Positions 11,869-24,488 are shown, counted from the first letter of the stretch. The stretch is DNA of 64,000 nt from Perkinsus chesapeaki ATCC PRA-425 (GCA_013115145.1 JAAPAO010000009.1:1-64000), one strand, 5' to 3'. Notes: a model not told the origin generated them from the sequence alone. Program-made: numbers and translations.

Positions 11869-13352
11869 ATGGTTCTCAATGACTCCAACGTTGGCCTGGC
11901 CTTTGGTTTAACTTGCGCAGCTGGTAAATTCGACTTTAGTTTTCCACGTTCAACTTCCCTCAGGGTTCGCCAGCGTCATCGGTGGTGTCCTCGCCTGTTT
12001 CATCAAATCCCAAGACCGTCGCTATCTTTCTGGTTGCCTTGCTCTCTCTGCCGGTGTTATGTTATTTGTCAGCTTTGTCGAAGTCTTTCCAGAAGGGACG
12101 CATCTGTGAGGCTATACGCGGCGTCTCCATCGCCTTCCTTCACCTCCCTATTTAGGTTAACCGTCGGTCCTGATCTTGAAGAGGACTTCGCCTTCATGAT
12201 CAACGTCGGTATCTTCTTCGCCGGCTGCTCTCTCTGCCTGGTGAGTTCGGCAGTCGCCAGTGCTCTTCTACTCTTGGTTGAGCTCTATACATTCGCGGTG
12301 TCTTGCTAACATCCTTAACAATTATGCAATATAATGACCGATGGTGGATGCTCATCTCCAAGCGCTCCGAGCTCTACCTGCTGGGGAATCTATCAAACAA
12401 CAACGCTCGCTGAATTTAATCTATTGCCCGAACACTCTTCGAGCTCCATATAGGGAGTCCCCATTGGGGACTGCTCCAGGGTGCTAGGACGCTGTAGCAC
12501 GATTATCGCTCATGCAGGCCATCGACATTTTGTCCTCATACCTGGTCCAGAGGAAATGTCGGAGAGCTCAACAGTCACCTTTATCTGCTGGCGAAGAAGT
12601 CCCTGGAGTATCTGCAATCTCCTCTGATGAGAGCACTACTTCCCAAGACGCAGAAGAGCAAGGTGAGATTGAAGCAGGCAAAGAGGAGATCTCCGAGGAG
12701 GTAGGCGATCTAAACTGCCAGAATCCCAACGAAGTTTGCCAGGTTCCCGTAGCTCCCGAATCCGATGAAATCGAGCACGAATCCAAACTGCACTTGATGG
12801 CGACGGCGATAATGACTGCCGGTGCACTGGCTTTGCACAACTTCCCGGAGGGCATCGTCGTGTTCCTGGCCACTGTTGAAGACCCAAGTATCGGCCTTCC
12901 GCTAGTTGTCGCTATTGGTGTCCATAACATTCCTGAAGGTAAGCATTAGTTCTATTGTACTCTGAGGAGCGCCGCCCTTCTCTGCAGGCACTGCAGTGGC
13001 GCTACCAGTCCTGGAGGCGACCGGTAGTAAGAAGCAAGCCCTCTTTTATACTTTCGTATCTGCTGTCGCGGAGCCCGTTGGGGGCATGCTTGCTTGGCTC
13101 ATACTTGGGGACATCCTCACTGACACTGCTATCGGTGTTATGTTGTCTTTAACTGCCGGAATTATGGTGAGTCGCTGCCGCGTTCGCTGGTGTCAACGCT
13201 TCACACAGCTTGTCCTTTATCAGACGTATGTGGCCGTTATTAAGCTTCAGAGGGATGCAATCAAGCACGACCCGAGCAATTGGTCCACCGGTGGCTTCCT
13301 GATCGGCATGGCTGTCATGGCCATTTCTTTGGTGCTCTTCCGAATCCCTTAA
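11869..13352 (+). CDS. ZIP-family (ZupT-like) transporter, copy 4
   Basis: MVLNDSNVGLAFGLTCAAG start; ALHNFPEG; GVHNIPEG; AEPVGG; ends LFRIP*. Confidence 0.9.
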
Positions 13353-14094
13353 CTCCTTACTATGTCCCCAATCCTCGTGAAATTGAGTTCTCGCCCTCCA
13401 ATAGTTGTTCATCCGGTTTGGTCTCTTATCACCGGTTCATTACCCTTGTTGGTCTCTTTTGGTGGTGGTTCGTCTGCGTTTTATCTAGCTCCTCGCAGTT
13501 GCCATCGTTACTTTAGTCCCCTTCGCACTGGCGAGGGTTTTCCCTTCTTTCCTTGAGTGACAGCAGTGGTGTGTGCCGAACGGCAACTTTTTGATGCCAT
13601 GGTCGGTTGCGTTAACAGTGGCTCATTTTCAGCAGCTGGCATACGAGAGCTCACTTCACCCTCGAAGACTCTTCTCGTTCGCGGCAGTGGAGTGTTCTGG
13701 TCTGAGTCAGCCACCCTTCTGTCTGCTCCGGCCTTGTCGAAGTAGACTGCCTTGTCCGGTCAGTTGGCGTGGAGGCGTGGACATTACTTGTAGAGCGAGT
13801 TTCGCTTTGCCTATATCGGCGATGTTAATTTGTGCAGCATCATTTGTGCGGGGGGGGGTTAGGCGATGATAGATTATTCATCAAGTGATCCAGAACACAT
13901 ACTTTATCTTTAACGGCCCATAGAGGTACCCGACGAGAAAAGCCGCGCAAGTGGTGACACCGTTGCGGTGACGCCGGTTTCGCGACGTCACGGACAGGTC
14001 CCCGAGTGCGCATCGCTCCACTTGCAGGGACTTCGGCAAGGGGCTGCTACTCTTTACTGAGTGTCGATTGTTGTCAGACATTTTACTATCAAAT

Positions 14095-15245
14095 ATGTCA
14101 CTGTCGAACTCGAATGCTGGTCTGGCTATAGGGCTAACTTGCGCTGCTGGTAAGCCCCTTGCCCCACCCCTTGCCTTCACGCTCTGACAGGTTTCGCCAC
14201 TCTACTAGGGTTCCTCATTGCCCTCATTCCGAAGATGAGTGACCCTCGCTACGTTTCCGGCACTTTAGCATTCGCAGCTGGCGTCATGGTCATGGTCAGC
14301 TTCATTGAGATTTTCCCTGAGGCGACTGAGCTGTACCGTATCGCCCTATTTCCCTTTCTGGCCTTTGCTGCCTTCTCAGATTCACTGAGGCCGGCTTCGC
14401 CGAGAACCACGCATTTATGATTAACGTGGCAATCTTTTTCTGTGGTTGTATGATCTGTTTAGTAAGCTCCATCGCTCCATTGGTTCCCCAATCCTCCATC
14501 GTTGCAGGGAATGGATCTGTCAACTAAGCTGTGGGTTTCCCGTCGCCAAACGACCACTAAAGATGCCATCATCTCTGATGCACCTATGTTCGATCCCATT
14601 GTCGTACGTTTGCCGGCGCGTTCTCTCGGCTTCAGCGAGTATCTTTAGGAAAACGGCTCCACTAGAACATCGAGCAGTCTGCTCACGACAGGTCTACTGA
14701 CGGCAGCAGCCCTAACTCTTCACAATTTTCCGGAGGGTATTGTCACCTTTCTTGGCACCCTCGAGAACGCTGACGTCGGAATCTCGTTGGCGGTTGCGAT
14801 TGGCATTCATAACATCCCCGAAGGTAGGCCCACAGTTTCATCAGGCGGCGGCGTCACCGTGGATAGCCCTCAATTGCCAGGTGTAGCCGTGGCCATGCCG
14901 ATACTAACATCTACAGGCTCCAAGATGCAAGCATTTCTGTGGACCCTAGTGTCATCTGTTGCTCAGCCAATCGGAGGTATACTAGCCTGGTTGATCCTTG
15001 GCTCCGTTCTAGGCCCTGCCTCGATTGCAACCATGATGTCTATCACAGCCGGAATAATGGTAAGTATAGCCATCGGTGAAGGTGCTGCTCCTGCGTACCC
15101 TCCATTCCCTCAGGTCTACGTTGGTATTGTTAAGCTTCAGACCGAGGCAACTATGGGCGATGCTACCCATCTCTGGTCTGGATACGGCTTCCTTATAGGA
15201 ATGGCCGTAATGGCATTGTCGCTCGTTCTCTTCAAGATCGGTTAA
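14095..15245 (+). CDS. ZIP-family (ZupT-like) transporter, copy 5
   Basis: MSLSNSNAGLAIGLTCAAG start; TLHNFPEG; GIHNIPEG; AQPIGG; ends LFKIG*. Confidence 0.9.
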
Positions 15246-15609
15246 CCGATTGTAACTTGCACAACTGCCTCCTCCTCCTCTGCTTACTCGTCCTCCATTT
15301 GAATTTTATCACTATTCCGAACTAGTTCCCCTCCAGCACGAGGCTCATAGCCCGCTGCTCTATGAGGGTATATGAGCTGATAATGATCGTCTCGTCGCTC
15401 CATGCGTATTAAGAGCGTCCTATCTCGTCAGTTTCACCAAGCAACCTTTCTGGTCTTGAGTTCTTCCACACCCCAACATCCACTCGCTATGATACGCCTC
15501 ATCGGCATGCTTCAACTCGACACGCTCAACGTTGTTAACATCCTCCATCGCCCCCCCCCTGTGGGGCTAATCTCCCAGCTTACCTCACCAGTTCGCTGTT
15601 GATTCCTCC

Positions 15610-16967
15610 ATGGTCGAATGGAGCAACAATGTCGCCTTAGCCATCGGCTTGACCTGCGCGGCAGGTAACTGCAAATATATCGTCTCTGATTGGAACTAGT
15701 CATCATGCAGGTCTCGCCTCGGTGATTGGATTCCTATTCGCATTCTTGCCCAAAGCAGGCACCCCCCAGTTCCTCGCTGGCTTCCTCGCTCTCTCTGCTG
15801 GAGTTATGACGTTTGTTAGCCTCGTTGAGATCTTCAGCGAAGCCGTTCACATGTAAGCTCCCTTCAGAGAGCCTACCTGAGAAGGACCCGCTGGAAAATT
15901 CTTGCAAGCTTGTGTCAAAGCTGTCCCTTGTTGATTGAGGACCAGCATGCGAAAACGTGGTGTAGATTGTTGTACGCTTGCTCGAGTTCGACTGTCTTGT
16001 CCATGGTGGTGACTTTGTAAATCACTCGGTCTGTCTTTGATATCCTTTCAATCATTCTGGGTCCATTCAGGCTTGGCGAATCCGGCTACACGGAGGAGCA
16101 TGCGACCAACATTACTATTGGTATCTTCTTTGCTGGCGTCCTCATCACTTTGGTATCGTTGAACACCTGCTTTGAGAATTCCCTTCGTACCCGCCTTCGC
16201 AGGTTCTAGACCTTGTCAGCCACTTTATCACTAGACACAAGGCAGCGCACAGCTCCACAATGGGCAGCCTCGAGGAGGGAGGGAGTCAGTCAACGATCGA
16301 CCCGTGTAATGCCGTACCTTTACAGGAGATGGCGAGCACTGCAGTCAGTTGTTTCACTGCTATCTACTCGCTCAATCGCATCATCTTCAGCAAGTGGTTC
16401 CGACGTGTCCCGCCCCGAACTCCGAAAGCCTCAAGAAGACTGGCATTCTCACCGCCGTAGCAGTTTGCCTCCACAACTTCCCCGAGGGAATTGCTACCTT
16501 CCTGGCGACTCTGGAGAACCCAGAGGCCGGCATCGCTCTGGCAATTGCAATTGGCATTCACAACATACCTGAGGGTACGGCCATCGGCTCATCCACGCGA
16601 ACCTTCCTACTGCCAGGTATCGCCATCGCAATTCCTGTCTACAGGGCGACCAACAGCAAACTTCAAGCATTTTTGTACACATTCGTTGCCGGAATAGCCG
16701 AGCCGATCGGTGGCATTCTGGCATGGCTAATCCTTGCTGACGTCATCGGCCCAGCTGTCATTGCTGTTATGTTGGCCTTAACCGCTGGAATCATGGTCAG
16801 CAATCGTCGCGTCGCTCACTTGGATCCCCTCTGTTCAGGTATACGTTGCCATCCTAAAGTTGCAGGCCCAAGCGGTTTTACACGACCCGAGCAACTTGTG
16901 GGCAGGCAACGGGTTCCTTTTCGGTATGGCCGTTATGGCTCTATCTCTTGTATTTTTCAACATCTAG
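15610..16967 (+). CDS. ZIP-family (ZupT-like) transporter, copy 6
   Basis: MVEWSNNVALAIGLTCAAG start; CLHNFPEG; GIHNIPEG; AEPIGG; ends VFFNI*. Confidence 0.9.
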
Positions 16968-17221
16968 TAGTGAGGCCTCTACTATCGAAACCCCGCTGCG
17001 GTTTACCTTGTCTAGTAGACGATGCCTAAGGTCAGATATCGATGGCAAAATGCCGTTATATTCACCTTGTGTCTATTACCATGGATACTTTGTTATCGGT
17101 TTATAGGCCACCAATGTGACCTCTTCGGATCTAAGAGAAGTCAGACCCTTATCGTCTTTATTGACATCCTCAGTCATTCCGTTTTTTGCGCAGTCAATGC
17201 AGGGAGCAGGTGATAGAATTA

Positions 17222-20200
17222 ATATGTCATTTTTCCCCGGACAAGCCAGCAGCCCGTACGAGTACACTCTTGGCAATACCTCAACCTCAGCGCAGCACAG
17301 CGGTACTACCGCAAACACTAACGACAATCAGCATGATGTGAGCGACACACCGGAGTTGAATCGTTTGGATTCCGATCCTTTGCAAATGTGTCGGAAATTG
17401 GCCATTCCCCTAAGTGTCTTCGACATGGTCAAATTGGCTGATTTGCAGGTCAGTGGACGGCACCGGTTCCGCTACTTTCGCCGGCCACTCGTTGGAGGTA
17501 CCGGTATGGTTCCTCTTGTCGCAACGTGAGAGGTGTGTATCCCATCCTACTGTGCACTCTTCAACATAAGATACCCCTCGTTCACGGAGGTCAGAGGTCC
17601 GCAACGGCCTACTGAGAACTCCACTACCCACGGAAACGCCTTGGTGAGGGACCAACGGTGACCCGCAGCGGCTCAAGCTGATTGCCCTTTACAGGACACA
17701 AGCCATGTGGCTGCGTCCACTACTGACGGCAAACGGGAGGTCTTCACCCAATCAGACTTCCGCGAAAGCGATATCCAAACCGTGAGAGCTCCGAAGCTCT
17801 TGCCTGGAGAGAGTGCGATTTCAGGACCCTTTCTCGCCGATGATCGCCCCAGATGGCGCACCAGTGCCTCCGAACCTGCTCGAACTATCCGGCTTGACGT
17901 TCCGTGACGGGTTGCTCCTCGGTGAGAAAGCGGTACGTGCGACGCATTCCCTAGGCTACCTCCACCGATACGATAGGTGCTGCTAGTGGAGAGGATGAAG
18001 GAGAGAAAGGCGGCCGAAGAGTCACTGCCAGAGGGTGAGGCAATTCCGCATTTCACGGTGGAAGCATTCCCGTCGCAGGGTCCGATTTCGAGTCGCTGGC
18101 CATTCGAGCGCAAATGATAGAAGACATGGAGCTGAAGGAATTGAAGAGGAAAGATGAAGAGATCACCCAAATGCAAGTGCGGTGTACCATCGCCTGTCGA
18201 GCTGGAATGATGAGATTGTCTACAGGAGCGAAGAGTAGAGCTGCTACGGCAGGCCTTGCAGAACCTGCGGAAAGAGCACGAGGCGACAACGGAGGAGCGT
18301 AAAGAGCGGCTGGTCTCCAGGCTCACCGACGTATTGCTGACTTGGTTCCATTCAACCTTCTCGAACTGGAGATACTAGTAGTCGCCCCGTCTATTCACAG
18401 GTTAAGGACAGGAAGCTTTCTGAGCTAGCCAATCACAGAATGAGGGCAGTTAGACGCGGCGAACGTGATAGAGTCAAAGTTGTGAGGACTAATGAAGGAC
18501 GCCATCGCCGCTTGGTTCCGAAATGGTCCGACAGGTGAAGGAACTAGTCCGGCTCGGACGAGGAGAGCCACCGACAGACAGACATCTCCAGGCCCATACT
18601 GAACCAGCCTCGAACCTCTATGCCCCAATCACAAGAGAAGGCTGTGTGGGTCCTCCCCTAGGTGCCTGGTAGCACGTGCCACCCCTCACAGGTACCGTTG
18701 AGGTTGACAGGGAAAATGGACATACAGCCAGCAGCGTTGAAGAGCCTAAAGGGTATCGTCCAGCTTGAGAAAGAGTTGGAAGGAGAGATGCAGCCTGAGC
18801 CAAAAAGTGGGAGTGGGGCGCGCTGAGCCCTGAGCCCTGCTCAGTTACGTGTATCCCACCGGGGCAGAACGCTAGGCGATGGGAGGCCACAAGTAGACAA
18901 AATCGCATTAGCTTGACCATGGACCTTGCTTAGAGTCCATCTTGAAGGACGCCATGGCTCAGGCGAAGGCAGATCTGGATGCTGCGACATCTAAGGAGAG
19001 AAAGACAGCTACAGAGCCCGGCCATCAGCAAGGTGGTGGAGCTTGAGAACGTGCTGCACTTAGACGTGCCTCTCGACAGGCTCGACCGTTGCAGACCATG
19101 GCCAGCGGGAGAGAGTACGCGATGAGGAGGTGGAGCAGGTTAGCCTGCGCTTAACTGGTGAAATTTCGGACTCGGCGTCATGGGGACGAGGGGAAGTGTC
19201 AGGGTCGCCAGAATCAGAAGAGACAGTGGCAGCGGTGGTTCTACTGACGAGGGTCTTACGCGGACGCGCTATACAGAACGAGATGCTCAGGGGCGTGGCA
19301 AAACGAGCCGCTCTGATCGAGGTTAATCTCAAGCCGTTCCAACTCACCGCTCACGCCGTCATCAGGAGCTTCGCGCTTGTGAAAGCTGGGTGGGCACCCC
19401 TGGTGGATCGGATTCTGAGGCTGTCACGGATGGTAAGCACTTGGCGCTGACGTCTGGAACATCTGAAGCTAGCAGGTCTCCCAGCCGAGTTGCTACAAGA
19501 GGGACTTATCTCTTCTCTAATCGGCAGCACTGTGGGAGTCACTCTCGACAAGCTCAGCAAGGAGCTACTGAAGGCGAAGGTGCTCCTCACCTGGGCAGTT
19601 ACCAGTGGGAGCAATTACGCTTCAGGAGGAGCGTCGAATTGCGGCTATGGCGTGGCTGGCTAATCGCGAGCGGCGATTGCGGCAAGTAAAGGAGTCGGGA
19701 ATGCGCCAGGCTGAGGAGCGCATAAGAGCCAGGGAAGATACTGCCTACCAAAATGTCGTGACGCTTGTTCAATTCGTGCTAACGTTGCATCCCAGCTCGC
19801 ACGAGGCAATCAGCAAGCTGCTGACTCCTATTTAAGCGCGATTCTCGACTTAACGGTTGGCGAACAAAGCCGAGAGGCCGCTTTGCAAGAGGTTAAGGCT
19901 TGTACAGACAGCCTCAACAGAGTGAGGTGTATTCATTTGAGCGCAGCCATTACGAACAACTGTCAGGTTATGGATAGTTTTGCGGCGCGTGAAGGAGAGA
20001 CATCTCAGGAGGACCAAGCAAATGTGGTGAAGGACCTCATTAACTGGTACCGTGTCTTTTGGCGAGGACTCAGCGGAAGTTGGATAACGACATCAGTTTC
20101 CTCTTTCCGACGGTTGAACGTTCCCGAGTCACCGAGCAGCTCCGCGTACAAGAGAAACGGTTCGTTCATGCTGCAAACAAGACGTTTCATGGGACAACTG

Positions 20201-20277
20201 CAAGTGTAGAGGAACATTTCGAGACGCCAAAGGTGACGAATCCTCCACTTCGCGTTATTTGTCCCTACAGGCCCTAA
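17222..20277 (+). CDS. CFAP91: Cilia- and flagella-associated protein 91 (MAATS1) homolog, multi-exon
   Basis: Recognisable segments: VSGRHRFRYFRRP; TQSDFRESDIQT; IQ-like LLTRVLRGRAIQNEMLRGVAKRAALIE; RIAAMAWLANRERRLRQVKESGMRQAEERIRARED; SFLFPTVERSRVTEQLRVQEKRFVHAA. Exact ends are approximate. Confidence 0.8.
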
Positions 20278-21842
20278 CATCCATCGAGTGACCAATTCCC
20301 AGCATGCTACCTGTTGTATCCCACACTCATTCACCCTGTCTATTCGCTGCGTTAATGAGTCACATTTATGAGATTTTGGAAGCACTACGATTTATACAAA
20401 CGGATACCACAACAAACCTGTCGAATGCTTTTCTCATTCACAATCTCACAAGCGTTGTCTCCGCTAGTGCATGAGCACGCGAAGCTAATAATACAACCTT
20501 TGTTGGACTGGTAGTACCAATTTTATACCAGACTGCAATCGCAAGCTTATCATTCTCGCTATGCCGGCGACTTCATCAGCTGTGAGCCACCACTGGGATT
20601 CACACCACTGCACGGTGCATTATGCGTTATACGCCTATACATCAACTAGGAGTATGCTACTGCTCTTATTATAAGCTCTACGAACAAGGCATGTGGTCTA
20701 CTCAGTAGACTCTACTGAGCACGGGCGCCGTGCGTGGTTTCAGATGCTGCGGCGTCGCTGCGCATCGGGGGTTAACTCGGTATTAACGAGCCGCTAACAT
20801 CTATTGGCCGCCTCTGCTGACGTTCTCCCGCGTTATCTCAAACTCCACGCAGTTGCCATCACTGCTTTAGATTATGCGCTGCACCGTCCATGGTTTTTTG
20901 AGTGACACTTGTGCGTGCTGAACGTCGAGTTTTTGGCTCCTTGTGTAGTTGCGTTGATAGTCTCTCCATGGAGTTTCCTGGCTACTCTCCTTGCTAAACC
21001 CTTCTGGCTTAGCCCAAGCGGCTTGTGGTTGCCCAGCTTGGTCTTAGAAGAATTCGTAGTGGTAGCAGACTCTGCTTAGCAGAGCCTTGTGGGAGAGACC
21101 AACTGCCTCAGTGTCTGCGGTGACATTGTCTTTTCAGTTAGGGAAGCTCCTTGCCTGTGGGAATAAGGTTGAGTAGCTCGGTTACGTGGTTCCAGTTAAT
21201 ACTATATAACTCAATAACATCACTGCAATCAAGTGACAAAGAAAAGCATTTGGACACTGCACGTCAAGTTGACGTTGCCGTTGAATAAGACGGTTACTTG
21301 ACCACCACTCCATACCAATGAGGCAACCATGTATAACCAAGACGGAGCTTCAAGAGATGTGTAAAAGGGATTATCATTGCCGCAGAGAATATTCGCTCTC
21401 ATCAAAATCTTGCCAACGTAGTCTGGACTGCTGGAGCATTTGTAAGTTATAGGCATTTCAAAACACCAACGCAAAAATACCCAACATTCCTCGCTGTAAA
21501 AGCTTCCTCTATGGGGGACCATGATTTTACAGACGAAGACTTATGCCCGCCCTATGCAGCATTGAAGAGATTAAGATGCCCTTGTTACGCTGAACTCTAA
21601 ATGACCAGCAGTATCTTTAACCTGTTGGAAATGACGTCGTACCGCACATAGGCTACGTGACACACAGATAAATACATAGTGACATATGTATCGCATATAT
21701 GTACTAGTACATAGTAGACAGATGCCAAAGGTAACACAAAAAGAAGTTGTCCCAAGTTGGGACTCCCAACAGCTGTCCGACCACTTCAGGTGGTCTACTC
21801 GAAAGTGAAATTACGGAGTGGTTGTGTTCGGAGAATGTTGTT

Positions 21843-22832
21843 TTACACAACCGGACTATAAGATGAGATATTGTAGAGGCAGAAGCCTTGAATAAGCGCA
21901 GCATCTGTCGGGCATCGGAAGGTATCTTTACGAAAGAAAGCCTTAGATAGTGCGGTAGAGTCTTTGAATCTATGAGGCTTGTCGCGGAATACCTTCCCGA
22001 TAAAAAGCACCACTGAGTTGGCAACAAGGACTGATTCCGCCGTCTTAGCTAAGGCTTTCATTAGGGCAGGATGCCAAACATAGCTGACCATCTCTGGGTG
22101 GAATTCGACGCTGTACATAGGCGCCCTTCCCAGCCTCGACTCCATACTGGCGGAGAAGATTTTGTGATTGACGGGATCCTCGCTGGTGCTGGTCATCTTG
22201 AACTGTTTACGGAGTTCTTTGTGTATCTTCCACATTTCCGGTGGAACTCCGTTAGAGTGGATATTAGCAGTTACGTTCTGGGTCTCCAATATCTTTCTCA
22301 CAGCTCGGGGTAAGGACTTTAACATCTCTCCTCCCGCCTTAACAAATTTTATAGGAAGGGCAACATTGTTGGTGGTGTAGTTTCCCTCTGAAATAGCCTC
22401 GTGGGTTCCGGCGGCCAGAAGAGCAAGAAGCTGATGACCTTGACAAATACCAAAAATAGGGAAGGGGTCCTTCTTAGCATACCTGTCAACAGCATAGTCG
22501 TAGATCACTTTGGCCGCATCGACGTATGGATGACCGAAACGGAGGTCCTGATCGAGGCTACCCCCAGTGAATAGAACACCACTTATACTAGCTAGGAGGG
22601 ACTTTAGGTTAGGATCCTGGTAATGAAGAGGGATAGCTTGTATACCAGCACTTTCAAGATATTTCACATTATATTCTAGAATATAGGGGTGAGGTACGTA
22701 CTTAGTAGGAGGGTGAGCAAGTATACCAACCACTGGGCTTCGAGGGAAATCACCTTGCAGACCACGAAGTCCGATATGACCAGCTACAGGGATAGCAATG
22801 ATACAAAGATTTATCAATAGATGAGCCAGCAT
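21843..22832 (-). CDS. GGH: Gamma-glutamyl hydrolase (peptidase C26, class I GATase fold) with signal peptide; intronless
   Basis: PVVGILAHP, YVKYLESAG-like NVKYLESAG, GVLFTGG, nucleophile elbow PIFGICQGHQLL and FHPE catalytic His-Glu; hydrophobic N-terminus MLAHLLINLCIIAIPVAG. Confidence 0.85.
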   Translation of the reverse strand: MLAHLLINLCIIAIPVAGHIGLRGLQGDFPRSPVVGILAHPPTKYVPHPYILEYNVKYLESAGIQAIPLHYQDPNLKSLLASISGVLFTGGSLDQDLRFGHPYVDAAKVIYDYAVDRYAKKDPFPIFGICQGHQLLALLAAGTHEAISEGNYTTNNVALPIKFVKAGGEMLKSLPRAVRKILETQNVTANIHSNGVPPEMWKIHKELRKQFKMTSTSEDPVNHKIFSASMESRLGRAPMYSVEFHPEMVSYVWHPALMKALAKTAESVLVANSVVLFIGKVFRDKPHRFKDSTALSKAFFRKDTFRCPTDAALIQGFCLYNISSYSPVV

Positions 22833-23899
22833 TTAAAAAGGAAAATGAAAGACTTAGAGCAGAGTAGTCCATGCTACACAAGGATGACTGACACGCGGAC
22901 TGGGGACTGTCGGCGGAGTCATGACCGATTCACCGGCTGATACTATGGGTACGCCGTATTTCGGCTCGGGTAGTAGAAGCAAGGGCTTTACAAGGAGTAT
23001 TGCTTACGGGACAGGCAACACGGGTCCGGGGTACACTAGCCCTCGCTAACGGTAAGAGTACAGATGATAAAGATCTTGTCGAGTTCGCATTGCGACTCTA
23101 ACTCATGGAACGCATGCGCACTTTGCTAAACTACAGGAAAACTGCCACGTCGCGACCGACTGTAACACAAGGACGCAGTAACGTGCCGGAGTTCGGTTGC
23201 CGGATGGAGAAGGCTCCCGGGAGCCACATGCCCGTCACCCTGAAGGACGGCAGGGTATAGTGTACCCGGTGCACCCTGTACCGTTATAGTACTGATGGAA
23301 GCATGATTCTCGCTCCCATGAATGCTTAACACTGGAGAAGATCACAACTGCTGCGCGGGGTCCGCGCACGAGAGCTGCGCGGCGTAACTCGTTGTATAAA
23401 ATACGCGAAGCACACATATTCATTGGGCGGTTCCACCTTCTGCGATGAGCAGTACCAGTAAAGACTACCGACATGCTTACTGAGCACTGCTTACTCTTAC
23501 CGCCGTGGTAGGCCACCTTCGCAATTTTTCTTGGAGCACTGCTACTTTTCTGGCTGTTATGTGGAGAGCCGCCATTCGGGGCATTATCGTGCCAGTTGGT
23601 TCATAGGTGACGCGGACAACGATGTAAACGCGTGCCATGCATTCGGCGGGGGGATAGTCGAACTGAGTCGGTGATTGATCTGGGATTATGCATCATATAG
23701 ATAGTCATTGATAATAGCTGCCGTCTTGGCTTGAGGTATCTTTCTTCTATCTACGATTGAATTTATCCTTCGTCGGTTTGATTATCCGCTTGGTCTATAG
23801 AGCGCGGAATCCAGAAAGTTCGGAACTGTGCGAGAGTCCCTCAACTACAGCAAGTTTTGGGATGAAATTCTGACTGAAGAAGTTGACTGCTCATTTTCG

Positions 23900-24488
23900 G
23901 TCACCGAGCAGCTCCGCGTACAAGACAAACGGTTCACTCATGGTGCAAACAATGTGTAACATTGTAACGGTAACGGCATTTGTGCGATTGCTGTGTTATA
24001 CAATTTATTCGGGGTTTTCGGGACGATTGCTGATGCTATTCTGTGACAGCATTTCTGTCCCGAATTCTGTGTTGTTTTCCGCGCTCATTTGTCTTCCACA
24101 ATTGTGTGCTAAGATTCCTAGCGTCCAATTAGTGGACTCGGTCCATAACTCATGAGTAGAACGTAGTAGGTTTTTAAGCTATTACGGTATCGACGTCATC
24201 ACCTACGAACCACTTGTATCTTTAGACGGAAACGAGTCTTGAGCAATTTATTATTGTGATAGTTCGTCATAACAAGACATTCCCTGCCACATCTGCAATT
24301 GTAGAGGACCATTTCGAGACGCCAAAGGTGATGAGTCCTCCAAGTTCACTTCGCGTTATTTGTCCCTACAGGCTCTACCATCTATCGAGTAACCAATTCC
24401 CAGCATGCTACCTGTTGTATCCCACACTCATTCACCCTGTCTATTCGCTGCGTTAATGAGTCACATTTATGAGATTTTGGAAGCACTA
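23900..24488 (+). pseudogene. Duplicated 3' end of the CFAP91 gene, interrupted by an insertion
   Basis: 23900-23952 plus 24271-24488 align with 20128-20387; the last ~110 bp are identical and the 5' part is diverged. Confidence 0.85.
23953..24269. mobile_element. 317-bp insertion with TG...CA ends, a possible solo LTR
   Basis: Absent from the homologous site at ~20170-20185 (GCAAACAAGAC). Flanked by AAACAA and TAACAA, i.e. a 5-bp perfect or 6-bp one-mismatch target duplication. Confidence 0.5.
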
